64,000 nucleotides of DNA, taken from positions 35,861 to 99,860 of the forward strand of contig CAVYBP010000010.1 in assembly GCA_963766775.1 (NCBI GenBank), given 5' to 3'. The notes beneath the pieces were generated by a model that was not told the origin of the DNA, ran no database searches, and worked only from the letters and a program-made list of their open reading frames with translations. Below, in pieces: positions 31,579 through 42,535 of this stretch. Position 1 is the first letter of the stretch; every line of letters begins with the position of its first letter. Both the position numbers and the translations under genes were made by a program. The DNA is from an uncultured Phycisphaerales bacterium (GTDB lineage Bacteria; Planctomycetota; Phycisphaerae; WQYP01).

Positions 31579-34285
31579 ATGACTGAAGAGGAAAAACGTC
31601 TGCGGCAGGAGCGGGCGGAAGTTGATTGGAAAATCTGGGGGCCGTATCTTGCGGAGCGCGCGTGGGGAACGGTGCGGGAGGATTATTCAGCGGACGGTTC
31701 GGCGTGGGACTTTTTTCCGCATGACCACGCGCGCAGCCGTGCTTACCGATGGAATGAAGATGGCTTGTTGGGCATCTCGGATCGCCGGCAAATTTTGTGC
31801 TTTGCCGTCGCGATGTGGAATGGCAAGGATTCAATTCTCAAGGAGCGTTTTTTCGGGTTGACGGGGCCGCAGGGGAATCACGGGGAGGACGTGAAGGAAT
31901 ACTTTTATTATCTCGACTCGACGCCGACGCATTCCTATATGAAGCGCTTTACAAGTATCCGCAGGCTGCATTTCCGTATGAACAATTGGTGGCCGAGAAC
32001 GGACGGCGCGGCCGCAATGATCCGGAGTTTGAACTCCTCGACACCGGCGTGTTTGAGCAGGACCGATATTTTGATGTGCAGGTGGAGTACGCGAAGAATG
32101 ACACTGAAGATATTTTAATTCAGTTGACGGTGACCAATCGGGGGGCGGAAGCGGCAACGCTGACATTGTTGCCGACGGTGTGGTTTCGGAATACGTGGAG
32201 TTGGGGGACGGACACGGCGCGGCCATCGCTGACGCTTGACTCCACCAGCCGGAAAATTGTGATGAGACATCCGGAGCTGGGTGATTATTCGCTTGCGTTT
32301 GACTGCGCAGGCGGACGGGAAGAGCCCTGCGGTTCTATTCACGGAAAACGACACCAACTGTGCGAAACTTTTCAACAGCGGCAACGCGACGCCGTACAAG
32401 AAGGACGCTTTTCACCGCTTTCTCATTCAGGGCGAAAAAGGAGCGGTGAACCCCGCCAACACGGGCACAAAAGCGACCATGGTGTATCGAATCGAGCTTG
32501 CCTCCGGTGCATCCTCATCGGTGCGGTTGCGGTTAAGCAAGGTGCAGGCGAATGCGAAAGCCTCTGACGGCGTGGGCGCGATGTTTAACAAAACGCTCCA
32601 AAAACGGCGCGACGAAGCGGATGATTTTTATGCCAAAGTCGGCGGAGCGGATATTTCCGACGATATCCGCAACATTCAGCGCCAGGCGTTCGCCGGCCTG
32701 ATGTGGAGCAAGCAGTTTTATAATTTTGATGTGCTGAAGTGGCTTGAGGGCGATCCTGCTTTTCCTCCGCCGCCGGAGTCGCGATGGTCGGGTCGCAATC
32801 ATGATTGGACGCACATTGCGAATGACAGTGTGCTGTCGATGCCTGACACGTGGGAATATCCGTGGTATGCGGCATGGGATTTGGCGTTTCATACGATTCC
32901 GCTGTCGATGATCGATCCGGATTTTGCGAAGCGGCAATTGATTCTGCTCTTGCGGGAATGGTTCATGCATCCGAGCGGACAATTGCCTGCCTATGAGTGG
33001 GCGTTTGGCGATGTAAATCCGCCGGTGCATGCGTGGGCGGCGTTGCGAGTTTATCGCATTGAGCGGAAGGCGCGGGGCAAGGGCGACCGGCTTTTCCTCG
33101 AGCGCGTCTTTCAAAAGCTGCTGATCAATTTTACGTGGTGGGTGAATCGTAAGGACGCGGACGGGCGGAATATTTTTCAGGGCGGATTTCTTGGTCTGGA
33201 CAACATTGGGCTCTTTGATCGCAGTGCGCCGTTGCCGTCGGGGGCACATCTGGATCAATCGGATGGCACGGCCTGGATGGCGATGTTCTGTCTGAACATG
33301 CTTGCGATTGCTGTGGAGTTGGCGAGCGAGGAATCCGGCATACGAAGATGTGGCGACGAAGTTCCTGGAGCATTTTTTCTACATTGCACACGCGATGAAT
33401 TCTCGAGCCACGAGAGGGACGGAAAATAAAATCGACCTCTGGGATGAGGCCGACGGATTTTATTATGACGTCATGCACAAAAGTGATGGCGAGCATTTAT
33501 TCCTTCGCGTGCATTCGATGGTCGGACTCATTCCGCTGCTCGCGGTGGAGACGATTGAGCCCAAGACGATGGAGCGCATGCCGGATTTCGCCCGGCGATT
33601 GGAGTGGTTTCAGGCCAATCGCCCTGAGTTGTGCGCGTCGATAGCGTCCATCACAGACGTTGGGAAGTCGGACCGCCGCCTGTTTTCGATTGTGAATGCC
33701 GACCGTTTGCGGTCGCTGCTCAAACGCATGCTGGACGAAACCGAATTTTTATCCCCCCACGGCCTTCGCAGCGTTTCTCAATATCACAAGGACAATCCCG
33801 CCAGGGTCGAACTCGACGGTGTCACATACAGCGTGGATTATGAGCCTGCCGAATCCCGCACCAGCCTCTTCGGGGGCAATTCCAACTGGCGCGGACCGAT
33901 CTGGTTCCCGCTCAACTACCTCATCATCGAGTCTCTCCAAAAGTTCGACTTCTACTATGGCGACACGTTCAAAATTGAATGTCCCACCGGTTCCGGCCAC
34001 GAGATGACGCTGTGGGAAGTCGCGACTGAACTTTCCAAACGCCTCATTAGCCTCTTCGCCAAAGACGACGCGGGCCGGCGGCCCGTTTTTGGTGGAACGG
34101 AAAAATTTCAAACGGATCCGCTTTGGCGGGACCTCATCCCGTTCCACGAATACTTCCACGGCGACAACGGCGCGGGACTCGGAGCGAGCCATCAAACGGG
34201 CTGGACGGCGCTCGTCGCCAAACTGATTCAGCAAAGCGGCAGCACCCGGCCCCGCGTGTCATCCGCCGATGCCCCGCGAAAGTGA
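31579..34285 (+). CDS. GH63-like (MGH1-like) glucosidase, several indels
   Basis: [88 protein letters not shown]. Confidence 0.9.
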
Positions 34286-34331
34286 GGCCGGCGTTCCGTC
34301 CGCACATACACACTGCTCTTCGGTGATCTTT

Positions 34332-35324
34332 GTGGCCGCGAAAAAGTTCATTTTTACCTTTCTCTTCGCAATCGCACTGCTCTTTGCGAAACCCGTCTTC
34401 GCCTGGAACAGCACCGGCCACGAACTCATCGCCTTCATCACATGGAGCCAACTCACTCCGGAATCCAAAGGGAAAATCACCGCTCTGTTACAACAGCATC
34501 CCGATTACCAACGTACCTTTACCCGAGAGTCCACGCCGGAGGGCTCCATGCGGGACGAACAGGCATTTGTCATCGCCGCGACCTGGCCCGATCTCATTCG
34601 CAGCCAAACGTTTGGTAAAAGCGCTATCTATTCCCGTCCGAGTTGGCATTTCGTGGACCTGCCTTTTGTGATCGAAGGTGTTCCACCGCCCGCGTTCCCG
34701 AATCTGCGATGGGTCCCCGGCACGGAACCGCAGAACGCCATACAGGCAATGAAAAAAAATATCGCTGATTTGAAAGATGCGAACCTCGCCGCGTCCGACC
34801 GCGCGATCGCGCTCTGCTGGCTCGAGCATCTTGTCGGCGATATCCATCAGCCGCTTCACGCGACCAGCATGTTCAGCAGAACCTATCCGCAGGGCGATCG
34901 CGGCGGCAATGGCCGGTTTCTGAACGCGGAGGGTCTTGCACTGAATCTGCACAGCTTGTGGGACGGGATGCTGGGAGGCTTCATGGAAATCGGCGCGGTG
35001 AAGGAGATTGCCAATAAGCTGGAAGTCGATCATCCAGCGAAGGAATTTGTGAAGCAACTGGCTGTCACGGACATGGATGAATGGGCGCAAGAAAGCTTTG
35101 AGCAAGCCAAAAAGAGCGTCTATCTGGATGGAAACCTGCAGACCGCGCCCGACGCGAATTCCGCCCGGCCACCCCCGGCCGTTCCGCCCGGCTACATGGA
35201 TGCATCACGTCAACTTGCGAGTCTTGATGCGACGCTTGCCGGCTATCGGCTTGCGGCCATGCTCAATGAAATTTTTGCGGCCCCACCCGTCCCCGCCACG
35301 ACACCTGGGAACACGGAACGCTAA
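34332..35324 (+). CDS. Secreted S1/P1 nuclease
   Basis: Signal peptide ending VFA then WNSTGH; ATWPD; WHFVD; HLVGDIHQPLH; DRGGN; NLHSLWD. Confidence 0.92.
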   Translation: MAAKKFIFTFLFAIALLFAKPVFAWNSTGHELIAFITWSQLTPESKGKITALLQQHPDYQRTFTRESTPEGSMRDEQAFVIAATWPDLIRSQTFGKSAIYSRPSWHFVDLPFVIEGVPPPAFPNLRWVPGTEPQNAIQAMKKNIADLKDANLAASDRAIALCWLEHLVGDIHQPLHATSMFSRTYPQGDRGGNGRFLNAEGLALNLHSLWDGMLGGFMEIGAVKEIANKLEVDHPAKEFVKQLAVTDMDEWAQESFEQAKKSVYLDGNLQTAPDANSARPPPAVPPGYMDASRQLASLDATLAGYRLAAMLNEIFAAPPVPATTPGNTER

Positions 35325-35392
35325 CCGCCGATGAACGCGGATAAACGCCGATACTTAAGAAAATCGGCGTTTATCCGCGTTCATCGGCGGTT
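35323..35392. repeat. Perfect 30-bp inverted repeat built from 10-nt units; likely bidirectional terminator or REP
   Basis: AACCGCCGATGAACGCGGATAAACGCCGAT-N10-ATCGGCGTTTATCCGCGTTCATCGGCGGTT between convergent genes. Confidence 0.9.
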
Positions 35393-35414
35393 TCTTATGT
35401 CTGTCGTCTCACTC

Positions 35415-35948
35415 TTAAGCTGAATCCCGTGTCAGCACCGGATACTGTTCCCGCTCCCCGCGCCCGGTCACCGGATAATCTTTCCGCAGCGGATGATTCT
35501 TGAATCCTTCCCAGGTCAGAATTCGGCGCAGGTCGGGATGATTCTTAAACCGAATGCCGAACATGTCGTACACTTCCCGCTCCAGCCATTCCGCGCCCGC
35601 GTACATCGGGACCAGCGATTCCACTTCCAGATCCGGCTCGCTCAAAAACACGCGAAGGATCACGCGCGGCGTTCCCACGCCGCCTTGCATCGCAATGGAA
35701 TTGAACACATACACCAGCCCAAACCGCCCATCCTTCGCCGCCCCGGGAAAATTCAGATAGTCCACGCAGGAGATATCCGAAACCATATTGTAATTCAGGC
35801 TCGGCTCGTTCTTCAAAAAGCCGATGACCGCCAAAAGATCAGCCTTTGCGACAATAATCTGCGTATCGCCCCGGAACTGGGCACCCTTGAGGGCAATGCC
35901 CGGAAACTTCTCTTTCAACTTGATCGCCGCGGGATGATCGATTGCCAT
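35415..35948 (-). CDS. nuoC: NADH-quinone oxidoreductase subunit C (stand-alone)
   Basis: DISCVDY, AEWLEREVYDMFGIRFKNHPDLRRILT, HPLRKDYP. Confidence 0.93.
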   Translation of the reverse strand: MAIDHPAAIKLKEKFPGIALKGAQFRGDTQIIVAKADLLAVIGFLKNEPSLNYNMVSDISCVDYLNFPGAAKDGRFGLVYVFNSIAMQGGVGTPRVILRVFLSEPDLEVESLVPMYAGAEWLEREVYDMFGIRFKNHPDLRRILTWEGFKNHPLRKDYPVTGRGEREQYPVLTRDSA

Positions 35949-36136
35949 GATTTGTCTTCCTTCATAAATCAGGGGCGAAGTATACCCCGCACGCTGCCGG
36001 TGGTACAGGGTCGAAGATTCATCCCGACGCGCAAGCGCAGCCGGCGCGTCTAGATAAACTTGGACAAATCCGGCATAATTACTCGCTTCGCTTTGCGTCA
36101 ATTTATTCAGTGGCATTCGAGGAGGTCGCTCCTGCA

Positions 36137-37456
36137 GTGAGTGTGACCCACGCCCAAAAAACCATCGCCGCTGAGGCCAGCATATCAGGCCGGGGCCTCT
36201 TTACCGGTGTCGAAACGACGCTGACGTTCAAGCCCGCGCCCGTGGGCCACGGCGTGGTCTTTGTCCGCACCGATCTGACGCGCCCGGTCCGAATTCCCGC
36301 ACTGGTGCAGCATGTGACCAAACGGTCTCGCCGCACAGCGATCCGCAATGGGGCGGACTCGGTCGAGACCATCGAGCATTGCATGTCGGCCGTCGCGGGG
36401 CTGGGCATCGACAATATTGAAATTCACGTCAGCGGGGGTGAGGTTCCGGGCGTTGATGGCAGTTCACTTCCCTTCGTCGAACTGTTGCAGAAGACCGGGA
36501 TCGTTGAGCAGCCTGCTGAGAAAATGATCCTCACGATCACCGAGCCGGTGGAAGTGCGTGATGGCTCCGCAACGCTCATCGCCGCCCCGCCGATCGCGGA
36601 CGAATTCCAAATCCTCTATGACCTGGACTACGGCACGATGGAGCCGATCCGGCAGCAGCTTTTTTCATATCAGCTTGGTGCCACTTTCGCGCACGACATT
36701 GCCCCCGCTCGCACCTTTGTCACCAAGGCGGAAGCTGACATGCTTCGCTCCCGCGGTCTCGGCGTTCACCTTCAGCCCGGTGATGTTCTCGTGCTGGACA
36801 CGCATGGCCCCATCGGTACGGACTACCGCTTTCCCAATGAATGCGTCCGCCACAAAGTGCTCGATCTTATTGGGGATTTGTATCTCCTCGGCTGTTCGAT
36901 CAAGGGCCGCATCGTCGCCTACAAGAGCGGCCATTCACTCAATCACGCGCTGGTCCGCCGCTTGACTCAGATGCTCCAGGCGCAGCGCCACGCAAAGCTT
37001 GCGTTGGGCGAAGCCGTGATGGACGTCAAACGGATTCTTCGCCTCATGCCTCACCGCTATCCGATGTTGCTGGTCGACCGCGTCATCGAGATGGATGGTG
37101 ATCGTCGCGCCCTGGGCATAAAAAATGTGACCATGAACGAGCCGTTCTTCCAAGGCCACTACCCCGGCATGCCCGTGATGCCGGGCGTATTGATCGTTGA
37201 GGCTCTCGCCCAACTATCCGGTCTCCTGCTCTCGCGAAAGCTGGAGCATTCGGGCAAGATTCCGATGCTGTTGTCGCTGGACAAGGTGAAGCTGCGCCGC
37301 CCCGTGGTCCCGGGTGATCAGCTCATTTTGGAATCGGAAAACATTCGCGTGAAAGCGCGCACCGGCCACGTGCGGTGCAAAGCGTACGTCGGCGACCAGG
37401 TGGCAGCCGAGGCCGAGATCAAGTTCATGCTCGTTGATAACGAATTAATGGGATAA
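36137..37456 (+). CDS. lpxC: Bifunctional LpxC / FabZ
   Basis: QKTI..GRGLFTG, ETIEHCMSA, DGSS, IAPARTF, HKVLDLIGD, KSGH; C-terminal FabZ PHRYPMLLVDRV, FFQGHYP..PVMPGVLIVEA. Confidence 0.95.
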   Translation: MSVTHAQKTIAAEASISGRGLFTGVETTLTFKPAPVGHGVVFVRTDLTRPVRIPALVQHVTKRSRRTAIRNGADSVETIEHCMSAVAGLGIDNIEIHVSGGEVPGVDGSSLPFVELLQKTGIVEQPAEKMILTITEPVEVRDGSATLIAAPPIADEFQILYDLDYGTMEPIRQQLFSYQLGATFAHDIAPARTFVTKAEADMLRSRGLGVHLQPGDVLVLDTHGPIGTDYRFPNECVRHKVLDLIGDLYLLGCSIKGRIVAYKSGHSLNHALVRRLTQMLQAQRHAKLALGEAVMDVKRILRLMPHRYPMLLVDRVIEMDGDRRALGIKNVTMNEPFFQGHYPGMPVMPGVLIVEALAQLSGLLLSRKLEHSGKIPMLLSLDKVKLRRPVVPGDQLILESENIRVKARTGHVRCKAYVGDQVAAEAEIKFMLVDNELMG

Positions 37457-37476
37457 GACGGACGGAAAAAGAAAAC

Positions 37477-38328
37477 ATGCCCAAAATTCACCCCATGGCC
37501 GTGGTCGAAGCAGGTGCCGAATTGGCCGACGATGTCGTCGTCGGTCCGTTTGCCTACATCGGACCGCACGTGAAGCTCGGACAAGGTTGCATCGTTCATC
37601 ATCATGCGCAGATCGAGGGCTACACCACCGCGGGCAACGAGAATGAGTTTTTTCCGAACTGTCTTGTCGGTGCCGTCTCGCAGGACCTGAAGTACCGCGG
37701 CGGCAACTGCGGCGTCATCATCGGCTCGAATAATAAAATCCGGGAGAACGCCACCATTCACATCGGCACCGAAGACGGTGGCTGCATGACCCGCATCGGC
37801 AACCACAATCTCATCATGGTCGGCACCCACATCGCGCACGACTGTGAACTTGGCAGCAACATTATCCTCGCCAACAATGTGCTTCTCGCGGGCCATGTTG
37901 TGGTCGAGGACTACGTCGTCATCTCCGGCGCGGCGGCCAGTCATCACTTTGTGCGATTCGGGCAGCATTCGTTCGTCGGCGGCATTTCGGGCGTTACTCG
38001 CGATATTCCCCCTTTCATGATCGCCGACGGACACCCGGCGACGATCCGGGGCGTCAACCGCACCGGTCTGAAACGTCGCGGCTTCACTGAAGAGCAAATG
38101 AAACCGCTGAAGGTCGCTTATCGCTTGCTGTTCAGCGATACGACGCCCCTCGTGACGCAGGCGGTGGAATTGGAGCGGCTCTATCCTGACCACAAGGAAG
38201 TGCAAACATTGCTGCTCTTCATGCGCGAGGCAACTTCAGGAAAGTTTGGCCGCTATCGCGAGTCCCTGCGCGGAAAACCCGCCACCGAAGAAGAAGAACA
38301 ACAGCATCAAACCGTCTCCGGAAATTGA
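37477..38328 (+). CDS. lpxA: Acyl-ACP--UDP-GlcNAc O-acyltransferase LpxA
   Basis: Hexapeptide repeats, QDLKY, IRENATIH, HIAHDC, LAGHV, DIPPF, GLKRRGF. Confidence 0.95.
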   Translation: MPKIHPMAVVEAGAELADDVVVGPFAYIGPHVKLGQGCIVHHHAQIEGYTTAGNENEFFPNCLVGAVSQDLKYRGGNCGVIIGSNNKIRENATIHIGTEDGGCMTRIGNHNLIMVGTHIAHDCELGSNIILANNVLLAGHVVVEDYVVISGAAASHHFVRFGQHSFVGGISGVTRDIPPFMIADGHPATIRGVNRTGLKRRGFTEEQMKPLKVAYRLLFSDTTPLVTQAVELERLYPDHKEVQTLLLFMREATSGKFGRYRESLRGKPATEEEEQQHQTVSGN

Positions 38329-38396
38329 TCTGAGAACGGCAAGGGAACCAAAAACAAGCGGGGCGGCGGGGAAGTGAAGGATGATCGGGTGACCGG

Positions 38397-39458
38397 ATGA
38401 CAGATGGCAACGAGGCGAAGACCCCATTGAACGCGGTGGTCGTCGGCGTGGGACGGATGGGGCAGCATCACGCGCGAAATTACGCGGCCATTCCCGGTTT
38501 TCGGCTCGTCGCGGTGGTCGATCAGAATTCGGAGAACCGGATCAAGGTTGCGACGCAGCACAAATGCGAGGCCTTCGCGTCCGTCGCGGAATTGCTTGCA
38601 TGGGCGGCACAGTCCCATACCAAAATTCACGCCGCGTCGGTTGCCGCGCCTACGGCTTTTCATCGCACGATTGCCGAGGACTTGATGCCCGCCGGTGTCG
38701 ATGTGCTTATCGAAAAACCTTTGGCCCCCACTGTGGTTGACGCACAGGCCATTGTGACCCTCGCCAGAAACCTTGGCCGCGTTCTTCAAGTGGGACACAC
38801 CGAACGGTTCAATCCCGCCTATCAGTCGTTACGAAAATATCAGCTCAAGCCGGCCTTCGTCGAAGTTCACCGCATCAGCCCGATGACGTTCCGTTCGATG
38901 GATGTCGGCGTGGTTCTCGACATGATGATTCACGATATCGACATCGTGAACAATCTGGTGAAGAGCCCCGTGGTCGATGTGCGTGCGGTGGGCGTGGCCG
39001 TGGTTAGTCAATTTGAGGACATCGCCAACGCGCGTCTGACCTTCGCCAATGGCTGCGTCGCGAACCTGACCGCCTCGCGTCTCGCGCTCCGCACTGAACG
39101 AAAAATGCGACTGTTCTCGCAATCCGCGTACGTCTCGGTCGATTACCAGAAAAAAGCCGGCGCCGTCATTGCCAAAACCGCGAACGAAAAAGAACTGGAG
39201 CGTGTGCGCAAGGAAGTCCGCGAAGGGCGCATCACCGATCTCATGCAATTGAATTATCCCGAACTGGTGAAATACGAGGACCTGGTCATTGAAGACCGCG
39301 AGCCGGTACGAGCCGAGCTGGAAAATTTCGAGCACGCCATCCGCACCCGCACCGATCCGGAAGTCACCGGCGAGGACGGCCTGGCCGCCGTCGATATTGC
39401 CTCCCGAATCTCCCGCTGCGTCGGCGAACACAAATGGGAAGGCGTCACCCCTCCATAA
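38397..39458 (+). CDS. Gfo/Idh/MocA oxidoreductase (GnnA-like position after lpxA)
   Basis: VVGVGRMGQHH, LIEKP, QVGHTERFNP, VVLDMMIHDID. Confidence 0.88.
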   Translation: MTDGNEAKTPLNAVVVGVGRMGQHHARNYAAIPGFRLVAVVDQNSENRIKVATQHKCEAFASVAELLAWAAQSHTKIHAASVAAPTAFHRTIAEDLMPAGVDVLIEKPLAPTVVDAQAIVTLARNLGRVLQVGHTERFNPAYQSLRKYQLKPAFVEVHRISPMTFRSMDVGVVLDMMIHDIDIVNNLVKSPVVDVRAVGVAVVSQFEDIANARLTFANGCVANLTASRLALRTERKMRLFSQSAYVSVDYQKKAGAVIAKTANEKELERVRKEVREGRITDLMQLNYPELVKYEDLVIEDREPVRAELENFEHAIRTRTDPEVTGEDGLAAVDIASRISRCVGEHKWEGVTPP

Positions 39459-39473
39459 CAAACCTGCGATCAA

Positions 39474-39887
39474 CTACGGCTCGAAGCGTTTTACATCAGA
39501 AAACTTGTCCAAGTCCCGATCGAAGGATGCGACGGCCATTTTGGCTTCGGCCGCGGCGGATGCGATGTAAGCATCGCCAAAGTCCACATTGGCAGATTGC
39601 ACCCGATTCAAACCGTCGAGAATTCTACGGGATTCCGGTAGATGAAATGCAGGGGTATTCAGGACGCTGTACAGGGTTTGTGCCGCAATCCGTCGTTGGA
39701 CTTTGTAGGAAACCTTCAAGGTATAAAAAACTTCGGCTACGGTGATAGCGGAAACATGCAAAATGAATTTGCCATCATTGGCCTGCTGAATGAATTTGGC
39801 CGCTCTTGGGGAAAATTCTTTGTGATCGTTACGGAGGAAGCGAAGCAGTACATTCGCATCCAATTGGTACGCCGGAATTGTGGCCAT
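39474..39887 (-). CDS. PIN-domain toxin (VapC family)
   Basis: LDANVLLRFL, VAEVFYTL, DFGDAYI, VASFDRD. Confidence 0.88.
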   Translation of the reverse strand: MATIPAYQLDANVLLRFLRNDHKEFSPRAAKFIQQANDGKFILHVSAITVAEVFYTLKVSYKVQRRIAAQTLYSVLNTPAFHLPESRRILDGLNRVQSANVDFGDAYIASAAAEAKMAVASFDRDLDKFSDVKRFEP

Positions 39888-39890
39888 TCA

Positions 39891-40151
39891 TTAATCCTTC
39901 GATGAACCGCCGCGACCCATGGCACCCCGTGCCTTTTCTTTTTCCTCTCGGTCGTAAGGCACGTCATTCTTCAGCTTGCCAAAAAATGACATGACATCTG
40001 GCAAAGGCCGCATCGTGACCGTGCCTTCTTCCGATATCGCCACACGCACCTTGCGCTTGGCACCCAATTTCAGCGCTTTGCGGATGCTCACCGGGAGGGT
40101 GAGTTGCCCCTTACTGGTAACGGTAACATCTTTATGAATTTCTTGAAGCAT
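39891..40151 (-). CDS. AbrB/MazE/SpoVT-family antitoxin
   Basis: TVTSKGQLTLPVSIRKALKL; directly upstream of the PIN gene. Confidence 0.88.
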   Translation of the reverse strand: MLQEIHKDVTVTSKGQLTLPVSIRKALKLGAKRKVRVAISEEGTVTMRPLPDVMSFFGKLKNDVPYDREEKEKARGAMGRGGSSKD

Positions 40152-40217
40152 AGTAACAATGTTACATTTGGCTATAGTAAGAGTCAATTAAAAGTAAGAA
40201 TTTAGGCATCAGTAAGA
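40152..40217 (-). promoter_or_regulatory. TA promoter and operator array
   Basis: Minus strand TTGACT-N17-TAACAT, 7 nt before the ATG; palindrome GTAACAATGTTAC; AGTAAGA repeated at 40176, 40193 and 40211. Confidence 0.65.
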
Positions 40218-40239
40218 TTTTTCTTTACTCACACTGGCT

Positions 40240-42203
40240 TCAATTGCTTTTCTTCTCAAAACTCACAGACCGCACATTCACCGCCCCCTGCACAATCCGC
40301 ACCCGCAAAACCACTGGTCCTTTCTCCAGCCGCGCAATCACCGGCTGGCTGCTCCCCCATTTGTTCCATGCCCCCGTATTCGGAACGCCAATCTTCCCTA
40401 GCGACTGGCCGCTCAACAACATTTCCACCGCCGCCCCATCCTGCCCCGTAGCCGCCTCGATCGTCACCGAATAATCGCCCGGCTCGCCCACATTTAACAA
40501 ATAATCCAGCGTGTTTCCGTTACCCAGAAAGCCAACATCTTTCCCGCCATCGCCACTGTCTTCGACACGTCCCCCCTCATGCGCATCAAATTCCGACGCC
40601 ATTACCTTCCCCGGAACCGCCGCCCCTCCCATCAACGGCGGCATCGGCCCGGCTGCGAACTCCGCCACCGCCTTCATCTTCGGCGTGCTCTTCCGAATAT
40701 CGTCCGTCAACCCCCAGCATCCATACTTGCTGTACGTCCCCGCCAACCCGTAATACATAAACAGATCGCCGCCATTCGCGTACCAAAAATCGAGGTACTC
40801 CGTGATTGCCTTTCCGATGCGCGGATCGCGATTCGCCCTGACCTTCACCGCAAGGCTGTGATCCCCCTCCAGCGCCGTCGCGGCCTCGTAACACATCGAC
40901 CGCAAATGGTAATACCGTGCCAGCACTCCATACTGCCTGATGCAACTTTTCACCCACACAAACCCGTCGGGAAACCCCTTCTGAAACAGATCATCCAACG
41001 TGATATCGTCCCGCTGATTGAACTTCCCATCCGGCCCAAGATACGGTGCCCCCGCAATGCCATAAATAAAATGCGACGGCGGCCCAAACTTGTCCGCGAT
41101 GAACTCCACCTGCATCCGCGTCATAAACGGATTCGCCGACTGCGACGCCAGCACCGGCCGCACGCGCATATTGATCGCCTCATCGCCCCACTCCGCGCAA
41201 AAATAGTTGAAATCTGCACCAGCCGCTGCGATACCCGTTTCCAACCCCAGTAATACTGGTTGTCATCCTTCCCCTCATCATTCAGCAGCTTGTTTCCCGC
41301 GGTGATCTCCTTCTTGGCCGCATCCATGTTGTGCCCATACTGCGGAAAAATCGAGTTCCACACCTCGTTTGAATACTCCACATACACATTGCGGTCTTTG
41401 TTCAACTTCTCCTTCAGTAGCCGGGCAAGCTGCTTCACGTAGTCATCGTCCGCCTGATCCGGCACATTGATCCACAGATCCTTCCCCGCTTGATTCGCCA
41501 GCATGATTCCGTATTCCCACGCCACGCCGTTAGTGGATGATTGGATCGCGTCGGTCAACTTCGGCCGCTGCTCCCACGTGGAGACGGTTGTGGAATTGGT
41601 ACGCGTAAAATCCATCAGCCGCAGCGCCGTGAAGGGCACAATCGCATCAAGAAATTCTTTCGTAAAAACCTGATCCGTTTTGAGCGAATAACCCGGCCGC
41701 AGCAGGCGGATATTTTTCACCCCGCCGCGCATGTTCTTAAAACTGAGGAACAGGTGGTCCGTTTCGCTGGCCAGCCTGATCGTCGCCGTCTTGGTGTGGG
41801 TCGCCCGGTCGTAGCCGGCCTCGCGAATCTCCGAACCCATCGTCGGCGTTCCAAGATCGCAAAACCCCGTGCAGGAAAACAAATAGTCCCCCGCGGGCAC
41901 CGGCGTATTCGCCATGACCACCACGCCCGAATCCCCCGTCGGCCAGCCATCCGCCCCGACGGTCGCACGCTCATCCCAGGGCGAATCCGCCGACCCAAAC
42001 TTCCGCGCCGACTTCATCGCATCCACAAAAACCATCGACCGCGCGGCGTCGCTCACAAATTCCAGATTCACTCCCAGCGGCGGCTTCTCCGGCCGCGGAA
42101 CATCCTCCCCCCGCACGCCCGTCGCCAGCCACATCACCCACGCGACCGCGGCCACACTAAAAATAAAACGCGATCCGAATCGTATCCATCGAGAACCCAA
42201 CAT
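40240..42203 (-). CDS. Secreted putative glycoside hydrolase with C-terminal CBM6/35-like module (indel ~41240-41260)
   Basis: Signal peptide; LGVNL, LRLMDF, GVAWEY, DLWINVP, YVEYSNEVWN; later CYE; C-terminal DVGFLGNGNTLDY...PNTGAWNKW. Confidence 0.7.
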
Positions 42204-42535
42204 ATATCCCCGTTCCTTTCGGCATGGTCTGTCTTTATTCTTTATTGCGACACGATTTGCATGGCATATTCTCGGAAAATTTTGCCAGAAAATGCTCAGT
42301 GTCACCCCCGCCTCTGTCGATAGTTTAGGTTAGCACCCCAATTTGTCGAGTAAAGTCGATTCTCCCGCGCAAACCGACTTCTGCTCCGCAAGGCATTTGA
42401 ATGTGAAGGCGGAGCCTCCCTCATTCCGGTGAGACAGTTCCTCCATCCAACCTCATTCAAATCCTGTTCACATCGACCGCGCCACGGATGCGCGCCGGTC
42501 GAAAGGTCCAGTCTTACGCCCGCAAGGAGGACATC

